DNA of 64,000 nt from Octopus bimaculoides (Eukaryota), in contig NC_068995.1 of the NCBI RefSeq assembly GCF_001194135.2, forward strand, positions 55,117,601 through 55,181,600. Reading direction: 5' to 3'. This document shows positions 24,314 through 37,160 of this stretch, in pieces. The notes beneath the pieces were generated by a model. It saw only the letters and a program-made list of their open reading frames with translations, searched no databases and had not been told where the DNA came from. Each line of letters begins with the position of its first letter. The stretch's first letter is position 1. Position numbers and translations under genes: made by a program.

Positions 24314-24330
24314 NNNNNNNNNNCTCTCTA

Positions 24331-24362
<32 letters not shown>

Positions 24363-24592
24363 TCTCTATCTATCTATTTCTGTATCAGTGGGTATATATA
24401 GGTAAAACAACATAAATATCAAGAGAGGATAATTGGCAAACAGCTGGACAAGTTGTGATGTAATAACAGAACGATAAGAGCAATGGATAAACGTAATGGC
24501 ATGCGACAAAAACAAATAATAATTAACGTAAAAAGCAGTGCACAGGTAACTGTACGCCGACTAAAAGAACAAGAAATGTAAAATAGACTTAC

Positions 24593-24629
24593 GTTTCAGT
24601 GGAAACTCTTAGCAATGTAACGAGCAAAA
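24593..24629 (-). CDS. Chain B stop exon, copy 1, 37 nt, FARYIAKSFH*
   Basis: tttctagcttcag|T TTT GCT CGT TAC ATT GCT AAG AGT TTC CAC TGA AAC|GTAAGT. Confidence 0.55.
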
Positions 24630-25446
24630 CTGAAGCTAGAAACAAACACGCAAAGGAAACGAACTTTACGTCTTTAAGTGAAGGCAATAAACGGAGTAGT
24701 TAGAGGGAGGCGTATAAGCTTATGAAGTATTAAGAGTAAATGAAGTTGTTTGTAACAGTATGTTTAAAACTTAGATTTATGGGATAGGACTTCCATAATG
24801 ACTCAGTTTAAACTTTAAAATCTAAATATCGGTGCTTAGTCCTAATTTTTTAAAAAGTCTAAAGAAATGTTTCCTATGCATTTCTAATATGATATCATTT
24901 CTAACACTCGTAATAATACATCGGGATTTATAAATAAAAGTAGAAAATATCGCAAATCAGCTAGAACATCGAAATTAACATTAAAATTAGAAAGAGAATG
25001 AAAGTAAAATATGTATGAATATTGCTGTACGCTCTTACCATAATTTTAAATTCAACAAAAACAACCTATTTTAATTAATTAAACCAATAAGTATTTATCG
25101 TTTAATCACTCTGCAAAAAAAGCATTGATAAATACAATTTTGACAAATATTTCATTAATTTGTGGTTGAGAGTCAAATGTCTAAGATACTTCTCGCATTG
25201 TGTGTTTGAATTCAAAATTATGAAACTGTTATAACTAATATAAATTATCGAAATGAGAATAACTCTGCTGAAACCAAAACTAGAAGAAATTAAAGAAAAT
25301 ATACAAGTTAAGCACATATTCTATGATATATATATATATATCGAAATACGCTTATGCAACTGATTGAAATTTGAGATAATTTTCTATCCCTCTTATAGCG
25401 ATTACAAAAAAAAAAAAAAAAAAAAAAAAACTGTGAAATTTCATAA

Positions 25447-25512
25447 ATCCGTCGAATGTAAATAATATAAATAATGTACATAATTCCTCATCTCTTAAAT
25501 ATAGAACTGTAT
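25447..25512 (+). mobile_element. 3' tail of the same repeat family as 4785-4910
   Basis: atccgtcgaatgtaaataatataaataatgta is nearly identical to 4876-4907. Confidence 0.5.
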
Positions 25513-26285
25513 ATCGGGGCATTCATTTTCTATTAAATTTCCTCGTGTTCCAAATGTAAAACGATTATATCTCAGTTATATCTTCCATATATAAACATAG
25601 AATTCTTTCCGTACTTACAAGTTAGCATGGCCGATATTTGTTGTATACGTATAAGACAAATTGGTCGTTCTTGTATTTTCAAGCAGCTTTGTCGGTTAAA
25701 ACTGTATGACGAAGATTACACTAGAATTACACTAGAAATGCGAGCTTGGTTATTTATTTACCTCTGTACCGAGGGCAGGATGCATATTCTCGAACACAGA
25801 GCATATCTAGATATTACAACTTATAATAATTGAAAATGAGTTTATTTCTCTGCTCGGTAGTTGTTTCTTTAATCTATTTTTTTAAATTTAGCTATTCTTT
25901 ATTTGAATTATAAGTTTCCTTTTACATTGTAGATTAATCAGAAATGGTTCTATTAAGCAATCCAATTAGTCTTAATTGAATGTTTAGTTGTTTTTTTTTT
26001 CTTTGATTAGACAATCAATATGTAAATTGCAGTTTTGCTATGGCTGCATGCAATAATCGATTGATACATTTCTGTGCTCTCAACGTGGCCCCTTTGTATC
26101 TGCTTATCTTCTATTTCTCTCTCAGTGACAGTCTCTTTATCTTTCTTTATCGATTATATTCTCACAGGCGTTAACAATATATGCCTGTAGCAGTACGCAC
26201 ACACGCACACACACACACACCCATACACACACGCACACACACGCACACGCATGCATACACACATACGCAGACAAACACACACACG

Positions 26286-26367
<82 letters not shown>

Positions 26368-28210
26368 CAGCGTATTTAAACTTTTGAATTTTATTTTAAA
26401 AAGTTACTATAATATATTTAATTGAATACATATTAATCTATTACTTGAATTTTCTATATACTACCATTGTAATATGGAATTCTTAGAACCTTATAATATT
26501 TCCTTATGAACAGCATATATTTAATTTTATGATCTACGCAGTAACAATATATTTGCAAGCAGACATTGGAATTAGTAAAATATTATTTAGTAATAACATT
26601 GGCAAAGTTCTTAAATAAGTAACTAGGTAACAAAATATTATACACAATTGATAGCGATCAAAAATAAAAATAAAAACACAACAGTGCGCCTGTAAAACGA
26701 TAAATCATTTGCATATGCTTCCGGTGGATAGGGTGAAATTTATGACATGCAAATATTTCCTAAACAGAATAGTTTCCACGATATAAATATAGTGGTTTCC
26801 GACGTTAATGGAAGCTTTGCTATTTACGAAACAGTTGTGTACTTCAAACGAACTGAGTGATCAGAAATATAAATTGCATTTCTGTAATTACCAGGCATTG
26901 AAATCGTTCACAAACTAATATGTCAGATGGTTTCCCCCTTAGCTAGTTCTCTGTAATCAACTCCAAAGGGATCACAGTTAATAAATATGCTATGCCATCG
27001 CCTTATTATGGAATTTAGGTATTTAATAAAGTAAAAAGTAAAATCCCGCTAACGAAACGCATGTACATATATACATATATATATATATAAGAGTAGAAAA
27101 CCTTAAGATTCGAAACTGGTGCCCGTCCATAGACGTAATAGACATGTTTACTATTTGGTCCATTTTTGTATTATTCCTAAATGCCAGTGAATAAAATGGA
27201 ATTGTAATCGGAATTGAGTAGATATCTGAGATGGAATTTTCACTCAACTACCTTCGAGTTATGGCACTGAGTTTATGTAAACAGACTGATGACCTTGTTT
27301 CGATAAAATAATTCGCCGTAACACAGAATATATGAACTATGATGGCAAATGCAAATTTCACTGCACATCAGAGAAACGAAATGGGCAGACAGATGTCTAA
27401 CCATAATCGATTCCAAAACAAAAAAATTAAGATAACATTTTGACGAGAGTAAATAATTTTAATCTGTTGACTTCTTTGTTTTGATTCCATTTCATTTACG
27501 ACTATTTGAATTATAAATAGCATTCGGATATTCAAAGCATCTTTTGTGATATTCGTATCAAAGTGTAATAAACATTAATTCATTCATGCAATAGCATTTT
27601 AATTTTTTCCATTTTTTTTTGTTGATTCATTCCATTTCAGCCGTCACTGGTGCTTTTAATATCTAACGAAACACAACGCAATCGTTAAATTATAGCTAGA
27701 CAATTTTCCCGTATTGTGATTATACGGGCAATTTATCGAAATTAATCAGTCTAGTGGAATTGTTAGGAGATTGATCACTAACACACAACAAACATGCAAG
27801 ATTCATTTTAAAAGCTAGAAAGTGTTATGGGGGTTCAGTTTACACAATAAATACACCAATTAACAAACAAGATAACGAAAAAAGCCAATGGACAACTGAT
27901 TGCAGAAAGAATTTTATAAAAATGAAAATTACACAAACAGAATAAATCAATTCATCATTTGAAAAATATTAGCCGTTAATAATGATGGCTTATGTCCCCA
28001 AATTAGTCACGTCCATAATAGTTTGTATTTTAGTTTCTTGGAATAAAAATCGAATTAAAATAGCCTGCATAATGGTACACAACCCTATTAAAACATGGAC
28101 GATTACTGACAAGAAAAATTACCGCAAATGAAAGCCGTCAAAACCTTTGGTACAACATCTGAATTATAATCACGGTTTCTTGAAAAAATACTATCATATA
28201 TTACTGTTAG

Positions 28211-28359
28211 GAGCTGGGAGACAGTGATGGACAACAGTTTGCATTCTATCATTCAATGCATTATGCTAAGCATTATTTCAACAATTACTGGCTTCCTGGC
28301 TTGGGTGAGAAGTTTTATTTTCGTCTTCGGAAATTCATATACTATTCCATACAGCAAAG
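28211..28359 (+). CDS. Candidate plus-strand exon, ELGDSDGQQFAFYHSMHYAKHYFNNYWLPGLGEKFYFRLRKFIYYSIQQ(R)
   Basis: ttactgttag|GAG...CAAAG|GTATGT. Open for 49 codons. Family not recognised. Confidence 0.3.
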
Positions 28360-28749
28360 GTATGTGCTTTATAATTAGATTTCGTAAGTTGAACAAAATA
28401 AGTATGTGGAAACTGATAAGATACTATTCGTTGAGAAATTCATCTAATCACACACGCGCGCGCTGAGAGATAGATATAGATATATAGACAGATACATACA
28501 TACTTCAAGAACCACACACAAATCAGGATTAAACAAATGAAAAAGAAATTGTAGAAAGAAAAGACAATATTTATTAAATTTACTGCTCAAAAATACCTTC
28601 GAAGTATTAGTTGGGGTAATGAAATATCAATGGAAAGTGAAGTGGGTACAAACTCTAGAAAATGGAAGAATAGAGACTGAAGTCGTTTGCCAGTAACGCT
28701 GGATCCTAATTCTCGTAAAGAAAATGGTTTTGATTTATACAGAACACAG

Positions 28750-28950
28750 GCAGTGAACCGGCAAAACCGGTCAGCATTGTAAGCGAAATACTTAGCGGTA
28801 TTCTAACCGTCTCATGCTTTGAGTTCAAATTTCGATGAGGTCGACTTTCATCCTTTCGGGCTCGATAAAGTAAGTAACAATTAAGCAATGGAGTTGATGT
28901 AATCCGCACACCCCGTTCTCCAAATTGTCTGCCTTGAGCCAAAATGTGAA
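28750..28950 (+). mobile_element. SINE family 1, degenerate
   Basis: acttagcggtatt...tgagttcaaatt...gtcgactttcatcctttcggg.tcgataaa. Confidence 0.75.
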
Positions 28951-29467
28951 AACAATATGTTCAAAATAAAACTGATACGGCATATAACGTTTCTTTCTTT
29001 ATCTCAGTTTTCAAAATACATGTTACTGGTAACTCGGTGATAGTTCTATAAAAAAATATTTTGTGATGCAAATTAACAAACTCCATAAATGTTGTCTATG
29101 CCTTTTCTGTTTAGATAAAGGGCAAAGTTCACCTCAGCGGGAATTAAACTCGGAGCATTACATTAAAGTGTAAGAATGAATGTCACAAAGTAATTTTTCC
29201 GACGATCTGATAATTCTGCCATTTCAATACACTTAATGGTTTCTTATGCAAATACAAAGCCAACAATTTTGTGGTAAGAGATTTAGTCTACTCCATTACT
29301 TCGAAGACTTTATTATAGTTTTTTTTACTGTCCTGGAGGGATTTAACCCTCGGCATACTGGAACTCACAACAGAACAACCATTTTCCTAATCCACAAGTA
29401 TGATGATGATGGTGATGATTCGACGATAATGCTGATTTGATGATGCTAACAATAGCAGCAACGATGA

Positions 29468-29495
29468 TAGTAGTAGTAGTAGTAGTAGTAGTAGC

Positions 29496-29529
<34 letters not shown>
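29468..29529. repeat. (TAG)n microsatellite
   Basis: Direct reading. Confidence 0.95.
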
Positions 29530-29582
29530 ATAGAGGTGGTGAGTGCCAGCATAAAAACTACACTAAATGTCCGTATGTTCAG

Positions 29583-29663
29583 ATATCACTGTAAACTGGA
29601 GAGGCAAGAGGTCAGCTATCTTTATCAAAATTCTGAAGATATGGTCACCCGCTTCAGGGTTTG
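29583..29663 (+). CDS. Candidate plus-strand exon, YHCKLERQEVSYLYQNSEDMVTRFRV(W)
   Basis: tatgttcag|ATAT...GTTTG|GTAAAT. 81 nt, phase-compatible with 28211-28359. Confidence 0.25.
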
Positions 29664-29854
29664 GTAAATAAGATTAATAAATATTCCGAAGAAAAATCAA
29701 TAAATGTTGCCATGTACTTTCGATAAACGGATTCGCTTCTAATAGTAATTGTATAACATAAAGTGTGAGTCCCAGGTTTAACTGCAAAACTATAAATATG
29801 AAATATCTGATAAAATGTATTGAAGGCAGATGTAGGAACCCCATAATATCTTAC

Positions 29855-29890
29855 ATATGGTAAACCGCACGCAGCCAAGCTGCGGAGGCC
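29855..29890 (-). CDS. Chain B exon, 36 nt, phase 2-2, ASAAWLRAVYH(I)
   Basis: ctctgtattcttttcag|G GCC TCC GCA GCT TGG CTG CGT GCG GTT TAC CAT AT|GTAAGA. Confidence 0.6.
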
Positions 29891-30309
29891 CTGAAAAGAA
29901 TACAGAGATGGAATACCTACATTCGTACTCTGTTGGCCTGCTAGTAACAAACATGAGGCCATACTGTATAACATAGAAATACAATTGTATCGAACACCCA
30001 CATAACGCAACATTCATAGAGAGACAGGATTCCATACATATAAATCAACCAAGATTTTACAGAAAAAATACGTAAATATGGCACCACCACAGTGGAGTGT
30101 AAGGATGTATATGCATGCAGAAGAACTGTACACATGCAAGAGTAAATAAAGAAATTTATAAAATTCTTCAGATATAAAGGAGACGAATGAGAATAGTGAT
30201 GAAAAGACTGACTGAATGACTGATCTAAACTTTGACTAGTCAACTAGTATATAGGAACTACTTAACTAACAGTAAAAAGAAATGAAGACCTCTATGTATA
30301 TTTCTTTAT

Positions 30310-30512
30310 TGCCCACCGGGGGATAAACACAGAGGGGACAAACAAAGGGATTAAGTCGATTACATTGACCCCAGTGCATGACTGGTACTTATTTAATCGA
30401 CCGCGAAAGGATGAAAGACAAAGTCAACCTCGGTGGAATTTGAATTCAAAACGTAACGGCAGACGAAATACCGCTGCGCATTTCGCCCGGTGTGCTAACG
30501 ATTCAGCCAGCT
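30310..30512 (-). mobile_element. SINE family 1
   Basis: gaaaggatgaaagacaaagtcaacctcgg...gcatttcgcccgg on plus is the reverse complement of the family consensus. Confidence 0.8.
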
Positions 30513-30874
30513 TGTCGACTGTATGTGCTTTTCCACACTCCCAAGTTACAACAACGTGTCTGTGTGTGTGTGAGTGATTTTGTGTGTGTGTTTGTCAGTG
30601 TGTAAGTGTGCCTGTGTGTGCATGTCTGTGTACTTCGCTTCAAGAAGGTAAATAATGTGAGACATGCATCAGAGAGTGGACCCGACCTCTTACGACCATA
30701 GGAGACTTAAATATTAAACGATCTTTTGGAATAAACCTGATCAATACAAAACTAAATAGCACCAGAGAAAGGAGTAACTGTTGGGTGTTGACTTCACCAA
30801 AGATACAATTTGCATGATAGATAAATTGATAAGTGTACTTTAACATACTTAAAGAAGAAAGAAAGCTAAGATAA

Positions 30875-30919
30875 ATACATACATACACACATACATACAT
30901 ACATACATACATACATACA

Positions 30920-30948
<29 letters not shown>
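30875..30948. repeat. (CATA)n microsatellite
   Basis: Direct reading. A (GATA)n tract also lies at 34946-35003, with dozens of (TA)n, (CA)n and (GA)n tracts across the window, many abutting N gaps. Confidence 0.95.
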
Positions 30949-30950
<2 letters not shown>

Positions 30951-32900
30951 GTGCGTATGAGCGTGTGTTGCAATTAATTAAAATTTTACTTTTTTCTTCA
31001 CCTTATGCACTCCTGTCGTAAAATAGAAAATATACATTGGATAATGTAAACCGAGTTACACTTTATTAAAAAAGGTGGAATTTATTTGATCTTTGTTCCT
31101 TGTGATCAGGGTTGACCTGCAGCTAACCAATATCAAAATATCAATACACATGAGGTGCTTAACATTGATATTATCCATATATGCTGTTTATTATGTATAT
31201 GTATGCGTGTTTGGAAGCATTTTGCAAACTACATTTTTATAATATCTTTAGGGAATTTCGAATAATTATATTCAGTTAATTATATTATAATGCTTGCTAC
31301 TATTTATTCTATATTAAATATTGTTATCGTTACTGCGTTTATAGCTAAATTTTCGCTTTGATTAATTATTGTTCGTTGAAACAGAGTAGGATATAATATG
31401 AAAAAAAATACATGTAAAACATTAATAATATAAATTTAATTAGAAACACCAACTTAATGGTCATTACACTCCAGGAACAAAGACAATTTCTATCTGTTAT
31501 TACAATGCAATTATTCTGAATTTTCATTTTACTTCGGAATGTATCGTTTATGGTCGTTAAATTCCACTTAAAAGTTCCTGCTTTCCGATAATTGCCCGTA
31601 AGGATTTGTTTAATGAGTTATTTCAGCAATATATTCTTTGCAAAAATATTTTCTTTACTGTCGTCATCCATCATTTATTGTCAAAGCAAAATAATTTATT
31701 GAACACTCCGCAATCATATATTACTATTCCCTTCTTGCTTTTAATCGATTAACAAGGACAAATTCCTGAAGAATATTTAACCATCAACCACTCCAGTTCA
31801 GCATCGTTTTAACTTTATGAGACTCGATTATATTTATATATTACAGGACCCTTACTTAAAATATTAATATGTATGTAGCAATCTGCAAAGATAATACTTT
31901 GTAAAGATTTATTTCCTATTTAAGGATTTTGTAAACGCATCATTATTTTACAAATACAGCTCAGAGCATGACTTCTAAATGCTTTTTAAATAATCTTCAA
32001 AATATTGTATATGTTGTTTTAAATACAACATTCACTTCAATTATACTATTAACCGAATCCCCACTATGTTCAGTTAAGCTTGTAGAGAATATCAAGCGTT
32101 TAAAACAGAATTAAATGCGGTGACAGATTTCTGTTACTGAGGCTATATATTTCAATTGTATCGTTTCATTTGTCATTGAAATATGACTAAAATGCTGCCT
32201 ACAAGATGTCCTCACTGCCGTCGATATATTCATATTTATATCCATAACATTTTACATGCTTCAAAGCACCATTAAACTGTCTACCATAACTGCGATTATA
32301 ATTTAGGTCAAACTGCCGACAGTGGTGCTTGAGTTATATATTGCATCATTATCCCTATAATGTGAAACTAAAAACCGAGTACTACTGTGCATATGCTTGA
32401 CGGTATGCATTGTGTGTGAAAGTACTTTCGATTTAGTAAAAGTATACGTAACAAATGATTTGTAGTTTTCATAGGTGAGTGCGAAATACATGCGTTCAAG
32501 AAGTAGAAATGCATTATTAACCATCAGAACGAGAACTCTCCAAACATGTTGTGACATTTTGTAAAAGGAACGCAGAACTGACAGTTCCAATCCAGATAAC
32601 ACGTAACGATATACATCACTGGGAATATTATGAGTGTGTACATGTGTGTATATGTGCGCGAGTGCATGCGTGTGTGCGTGTTTGCGTGTGCGCCCATGTG
32701 TGCATATAGTTATATCTATCAATTATGATAGACGCTCCTGTCGTTTACAGCAAACGAAAATTCTCTCCCTATTGCGATAGGATATTTGAGCCACACATAT
32801 AAAATGATGCCACATAAATACACTTGAGTACGTTTGGGATTATGTGTGAATGTGTATATGAAAGGATTAAAATTTGTCGTAACCAAATATATATATATAT

Positions 32901-32937
<37 letters not shown>

Positions 32938-33238
32938 CAGAGATACAGAGAGTGAGACAGAGAGACAGAGAGAGAGAGAGAGAGAGAAAGAGAGAATTAT
33001 AAGTGAGGGATTATCAAGCTGAGAAAAATGCTTGATAAGCTTTCTGATAGTATATCAGGCTAACAATATTGTTTACAATAGAACAGAATTCCACGTGTTC
33101 TTGTGACAGTGTCAGAGGTTCACCAACAGTGTATATTTTAAAATCATGGTTGTCTTCCAGTTATACTGGAGTTATAGAGGACAAGGCATAAATAATAGTC
33201 ATTACATATTTTTCGTTATTGTAGTAAATTTGACTTAC

Positions 33239-33322
33239 AGCTGTTTAAAGTTGTCATTATAAGGCTGGTATTGATAGGTTAACTCAATTGGCCCATTGAT
33301 CGGTTGAGACAAATTGAACGAC
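33239..33322 (-). CDS. Chain B exon, 84 nt, phase 2-2, SFNLSQPINGPIELTYQYQPYNDNFKQ(L)
   Basis: cattaattttccag|GTCG...AAACAGCT|GTAAGT. Only the phase-2 frame is open. Contains an NLS N-glycosylation sequon. Confidence 0.65.
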
Positions 33323-33394
33323 CTGGAAAATTAATGATACTTTCGTCAGAGATTACCCGTAACCCGTTAGGTCATCAATAATTCAAGGTACCCG

Positions 33395-33815
33395 ACAAAC
33401 CACGTATCTCGGGAACCCATGGTCCGATTTACGCGAAACACGTCGTATTGTGTTTGCAACCCTATTTTAGGGGTACTTTACTTTCAGAGTATTTCCCATT
33501 ATGCACTGGTTTGACTGCATTAATTTACAGACAAGCTTGCAAGCAAGGAAGAACGCCAAGAAAATTATCCAGATGTTCACGGTGAAGAGAAATAAATCCA
33601 GGTTTCACTGCTTATATTTATGGAAAGAACCCCACCCACCCCCAAAAAACGCGTATCTCGGGAATATGCGATCCTATTTACGCGAAACTTGTTTTATTCA
33701 GTCTGTATTCATATTTCAGGGGTTCTTAAATTCAGAGTATTTTCCCATTATGCACCGGTTTGGTTGTATTAAATTACAGACAAGCACGCAAGCAACAAAG
33801 CACGCAATCAAGTAA
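33395..33815. repeat. Diverged direct repeat, unit about 245 bp
   Basis: cgtatctcgggaa...atttacgcgaaac...cagagtatt(t)cccattatgcac.ggttt...ttacagacaagc occurs twice. Confidence 0.75.
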
Positions 33816-33940
33816 TCACAGTCTTTTAATATTATATAGATGAACTATTTGCATGTTAAATATATGAAATAATCGACATAACTACGGATGCATAAAGGCA
33901 TCTGTGCATATATCTGTTTGGTTATTCCCATGTGTGTGAA

Positions 33941-33976
<36 letters not shown>

Positions 33977-34944
33977 NNNNNNNNNNNNNNNNNNNNNNNN
34001 NNNNNNNNNNNNNNNNNNNNNNNNNNNNNNNNNNNNNNNNNNNNNNNNNNNNNNNNNNNNNNNNNNNNNNNNNNNNNNNNNNNNNNNNNNNNNNNNNNNN
34101 NNNNNNNNNNNNNNNNNNNNNNNNNNNNNNNNNNNNNNNNNNNNNNNNNNNNNNNNNNNNNNNNNNNNNNNNNNNNNNNNNNNNNNNNNNNNNNNNNNNN
34201 NNNNNNNNNNNNNNNNNNNNNNNNNNNNNNNNNNNNNNNNNNNNNNNNNNNNNNNNNNNNNNNNNAGAAAGGAAGAAGGTCAGTCAAGCAGAATCAAAAT
34301 TATATATATGTGTGTGTGTGTGTTTATAAATTATAATTAATGTCAAGTGTAACATGAAGAGAACATGTTGAAATGCCATCAAAAATGATTTATGACTACG
34401 AGATCTTCAGAAAAATAATGGATCTTACAAAAAACTGTTTGTTCGATGCAAAGTAGTTAATTGTGGGACCCACAGTATATTCTTCTACAAAGATTCCTAT
34501 AAATTCTTACCTTTCCTGGCAGGCCATATCATCAATTGATCAATAAAACACAACCCAAAACATAGAACCAAATTTTACTAAAGCAAGTTATACATAGGTA
34601 GCATAGAAAGTTATGTTCGATTTAAATAAATTTGCTTATCATTGCGGAGATTTATTTACAATATAAGGCAATGATTATCAGTAATATCAGAATACAACAG
34701 AAACAAATCAACAATTTCACTAATAGATCTGAAAACCTCCACGAAGGATAATCACTCTCTATGCATGTAAATTGTAAGTAGTTAAAATTTAAAAATCAAA
34801 ATTATATATTTCCATCGGTTAGTATACCGTATTAATTTGGTGAGAAATTTTGAGGCATCATGTCTATTTTGTAAATTATCTTCGAAAACATGTAATTCAG
34901 ACATCCCCTATACCAACAGATTAATAATGAAAAAGTGTATTAGT

Positions 34945-34994
<50 letters not shown>

Positions 34995-35400
34995 TAGATA
35001 TAGATATTAAATATATAGTGAGAGAGGGTACTGACTAGCAGTGCTTTNNNNNNNNNNNNNNNNNNNNNNNNNNNNNNNNNNNNNNNNNNNNNNNNNNNNN
35101 NNNNNNNNNNNNNNNNNNNNNNNNNNNNNNNNNNNNNNNATATATATATATATACCATATATATCAGGTGGTGCTATTAAGTTAGACATATATTTGCGTA
35201 TACGCATACACACATACACACATAGACAAACAGACATACACACAATCAGACAGACCGGTAGGTTGAGAGATATATCCCCATATACACATATATGTATCTA
35301 AGTGTGTGTGTGCGTGTGTGTGTGTGTGTGTATGTGCCTGTGTATGTATGTGCCTGTGTATGTGAATGTAAATATGTGTTGTGTGTATTTGTGTTTGTGC

Positions 35401-35481
<81 letters not shown>

Positions 35482-36494
35482 CGTACGTGTGTGCATATGA
35501 GTGCATATGTGTGTGTCTATTTCTGAAAGTATATGTATGTGCACTATGTGTGTGAACTAAACATTTATGTTTGTGACCGCATCGGTAAGTAGACTTGTTG
35601 GCAGCTACTTTTGTGATTAACCAATTAATTCTAAAAACGCCTTTCTTTATTTCTGATCTACTTAATTCTCCTTCCCCACCACACCATTTACGTACGTATA
35701 TATTCATTTATGTGTTTCAGTCATTTCACTGCGAAAGATTTAGTGGAATGGATTGTAACTATATTAATAAACAAACGTATATCATTTTGCTACAATATCT
35801 ACTGACAATGATGCTGTTGCATTTATATTGCATAAATCTTTCAGTATACGGACGGAAATTGCAGGGGGTATTATATTGAAATAAACTACTAATCTTTTTT
35901 TCAAAATCTTATAGCCATTTTTGTACAAATTACTTTTGCCTCTGTTTACACATATTTAGCTAATCATGACAGTTGTTGAAATGCACCATATTATTCATAC
36001 CATAGCAACTCGAAAGTGTATGCAATTTTTGAAATTTGCAAACATCTGTACTGCAAAAATATTGAACTCTCTTATTAAAGGCAGAATCACTATATTTATA
36101 GTGTATTTTAGTACACTCTACTGTTAATTTATAGTTTTCTAAATATATCTTAACTTATATTCTAATTGACTGGACTGAGTTATCTCAATGAATTACCAAT
36201 ATTTCAAATTATATTGCCATGTTTATATTTTCCTAATTTAAACGTGAAGATGTCTGTGATTTATCTGCACTTTATAATATGAACGTTTAAAAATATATTA
36301 ATAAACAGAGTTATATAATTGAGCATAAGGTTCGACAGCAGAGATTAGAGATCTTGTAATGCCACAAACATAACAGTCAGTGATAGTTGGAAATATCATT
36401 ATTTACATTCAAGTGGTCTGAAAGTATGAATTATAACGGCAACAATATTACTAAATATATTATTCAATCACTTCTGATAATAAAGATTACTAGG

Positions 36495-37160
36495 GGTGGG
36501 GGTGGCACTCTGGCGCTTACGACGTCGAGGGTTCCAGTTGATCCGATCAACGGAACAGCCTGCTCGTGAAATTAACGTGCAAGTGGCTGAGCACTCCACA
36601 GACACGTGTACCCTTAACGTAGTTCTCGGGGATATTCAGCATGACTCAGTGTGACAAGGCTGCCCCTTTGAAGAAACAGGAAGTAAGAGAAAGTTGTGGT
36701 GAAAGAGTACAGCAGGATTCGCCACCATCCCCTGCCGGAGCCTCGTGGAGCTTTAGGTGTTTTCACTCAATAAACACTCACAACGCCTGGTCTGGGAATA
36801 TATATATTGCGCCTTTAGTCGAGCAAATCAACCCCAGGTCTTGTTCTCTGGAAGCCTAGTACTTATTCTATCGGTCTCTTATGCCGAACCGCTAAGTTAT
36901 GAGTAAGTAAACACACCAGCATCGGTTGTCAACCGATGGTGGGGGGACAGAAACAGGCACACAAGCATGTACACACACATACATATATATACATATATAC
37001 GACGCGCTTCTTTCAGTTTCTGTCTACCAAATCCATTCACAAGTCTTTGGTCGGCCTGAGGCTATAGTAGATGACACTTGCCCAGGGTGCCACGTAGTGG
37101 GACTGATCCCGGAACCAATGTGGTTCGTCAGCAATGTACTTGCCTCACAGCCACTCCTAC
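36495..37160. mobile_element. Cluster of three SINEs: plus 36495-36680, minus 36680-36800, family 2 on minus 36820-37160
   Basis: The higher-GC block contains gagggttccagttgatccgatcaacggaacagcc. The next block is shared with 48790-48850. The last is the reverse complement of the family 2 copies at 16240 and 18385. Confidence 0.75.

Larger units (their letters stand above)
22950..24740. repeat. Tandem segmental duplication (about 22950-23450 vs 24160-24740) carrying the stop exon
   Basis: Collinear copies with roughly 3% substitutions by eye, one 14-bp indel and different internal microsatellites. An N gap lies between them. Confidence 0.85.

Noticed and set aside
34510-34580. Strong donor AAG|GTAAGA on minus
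   Set aside because: All frames from the nearest acceptor contain stops, and I could not link it to the chain.
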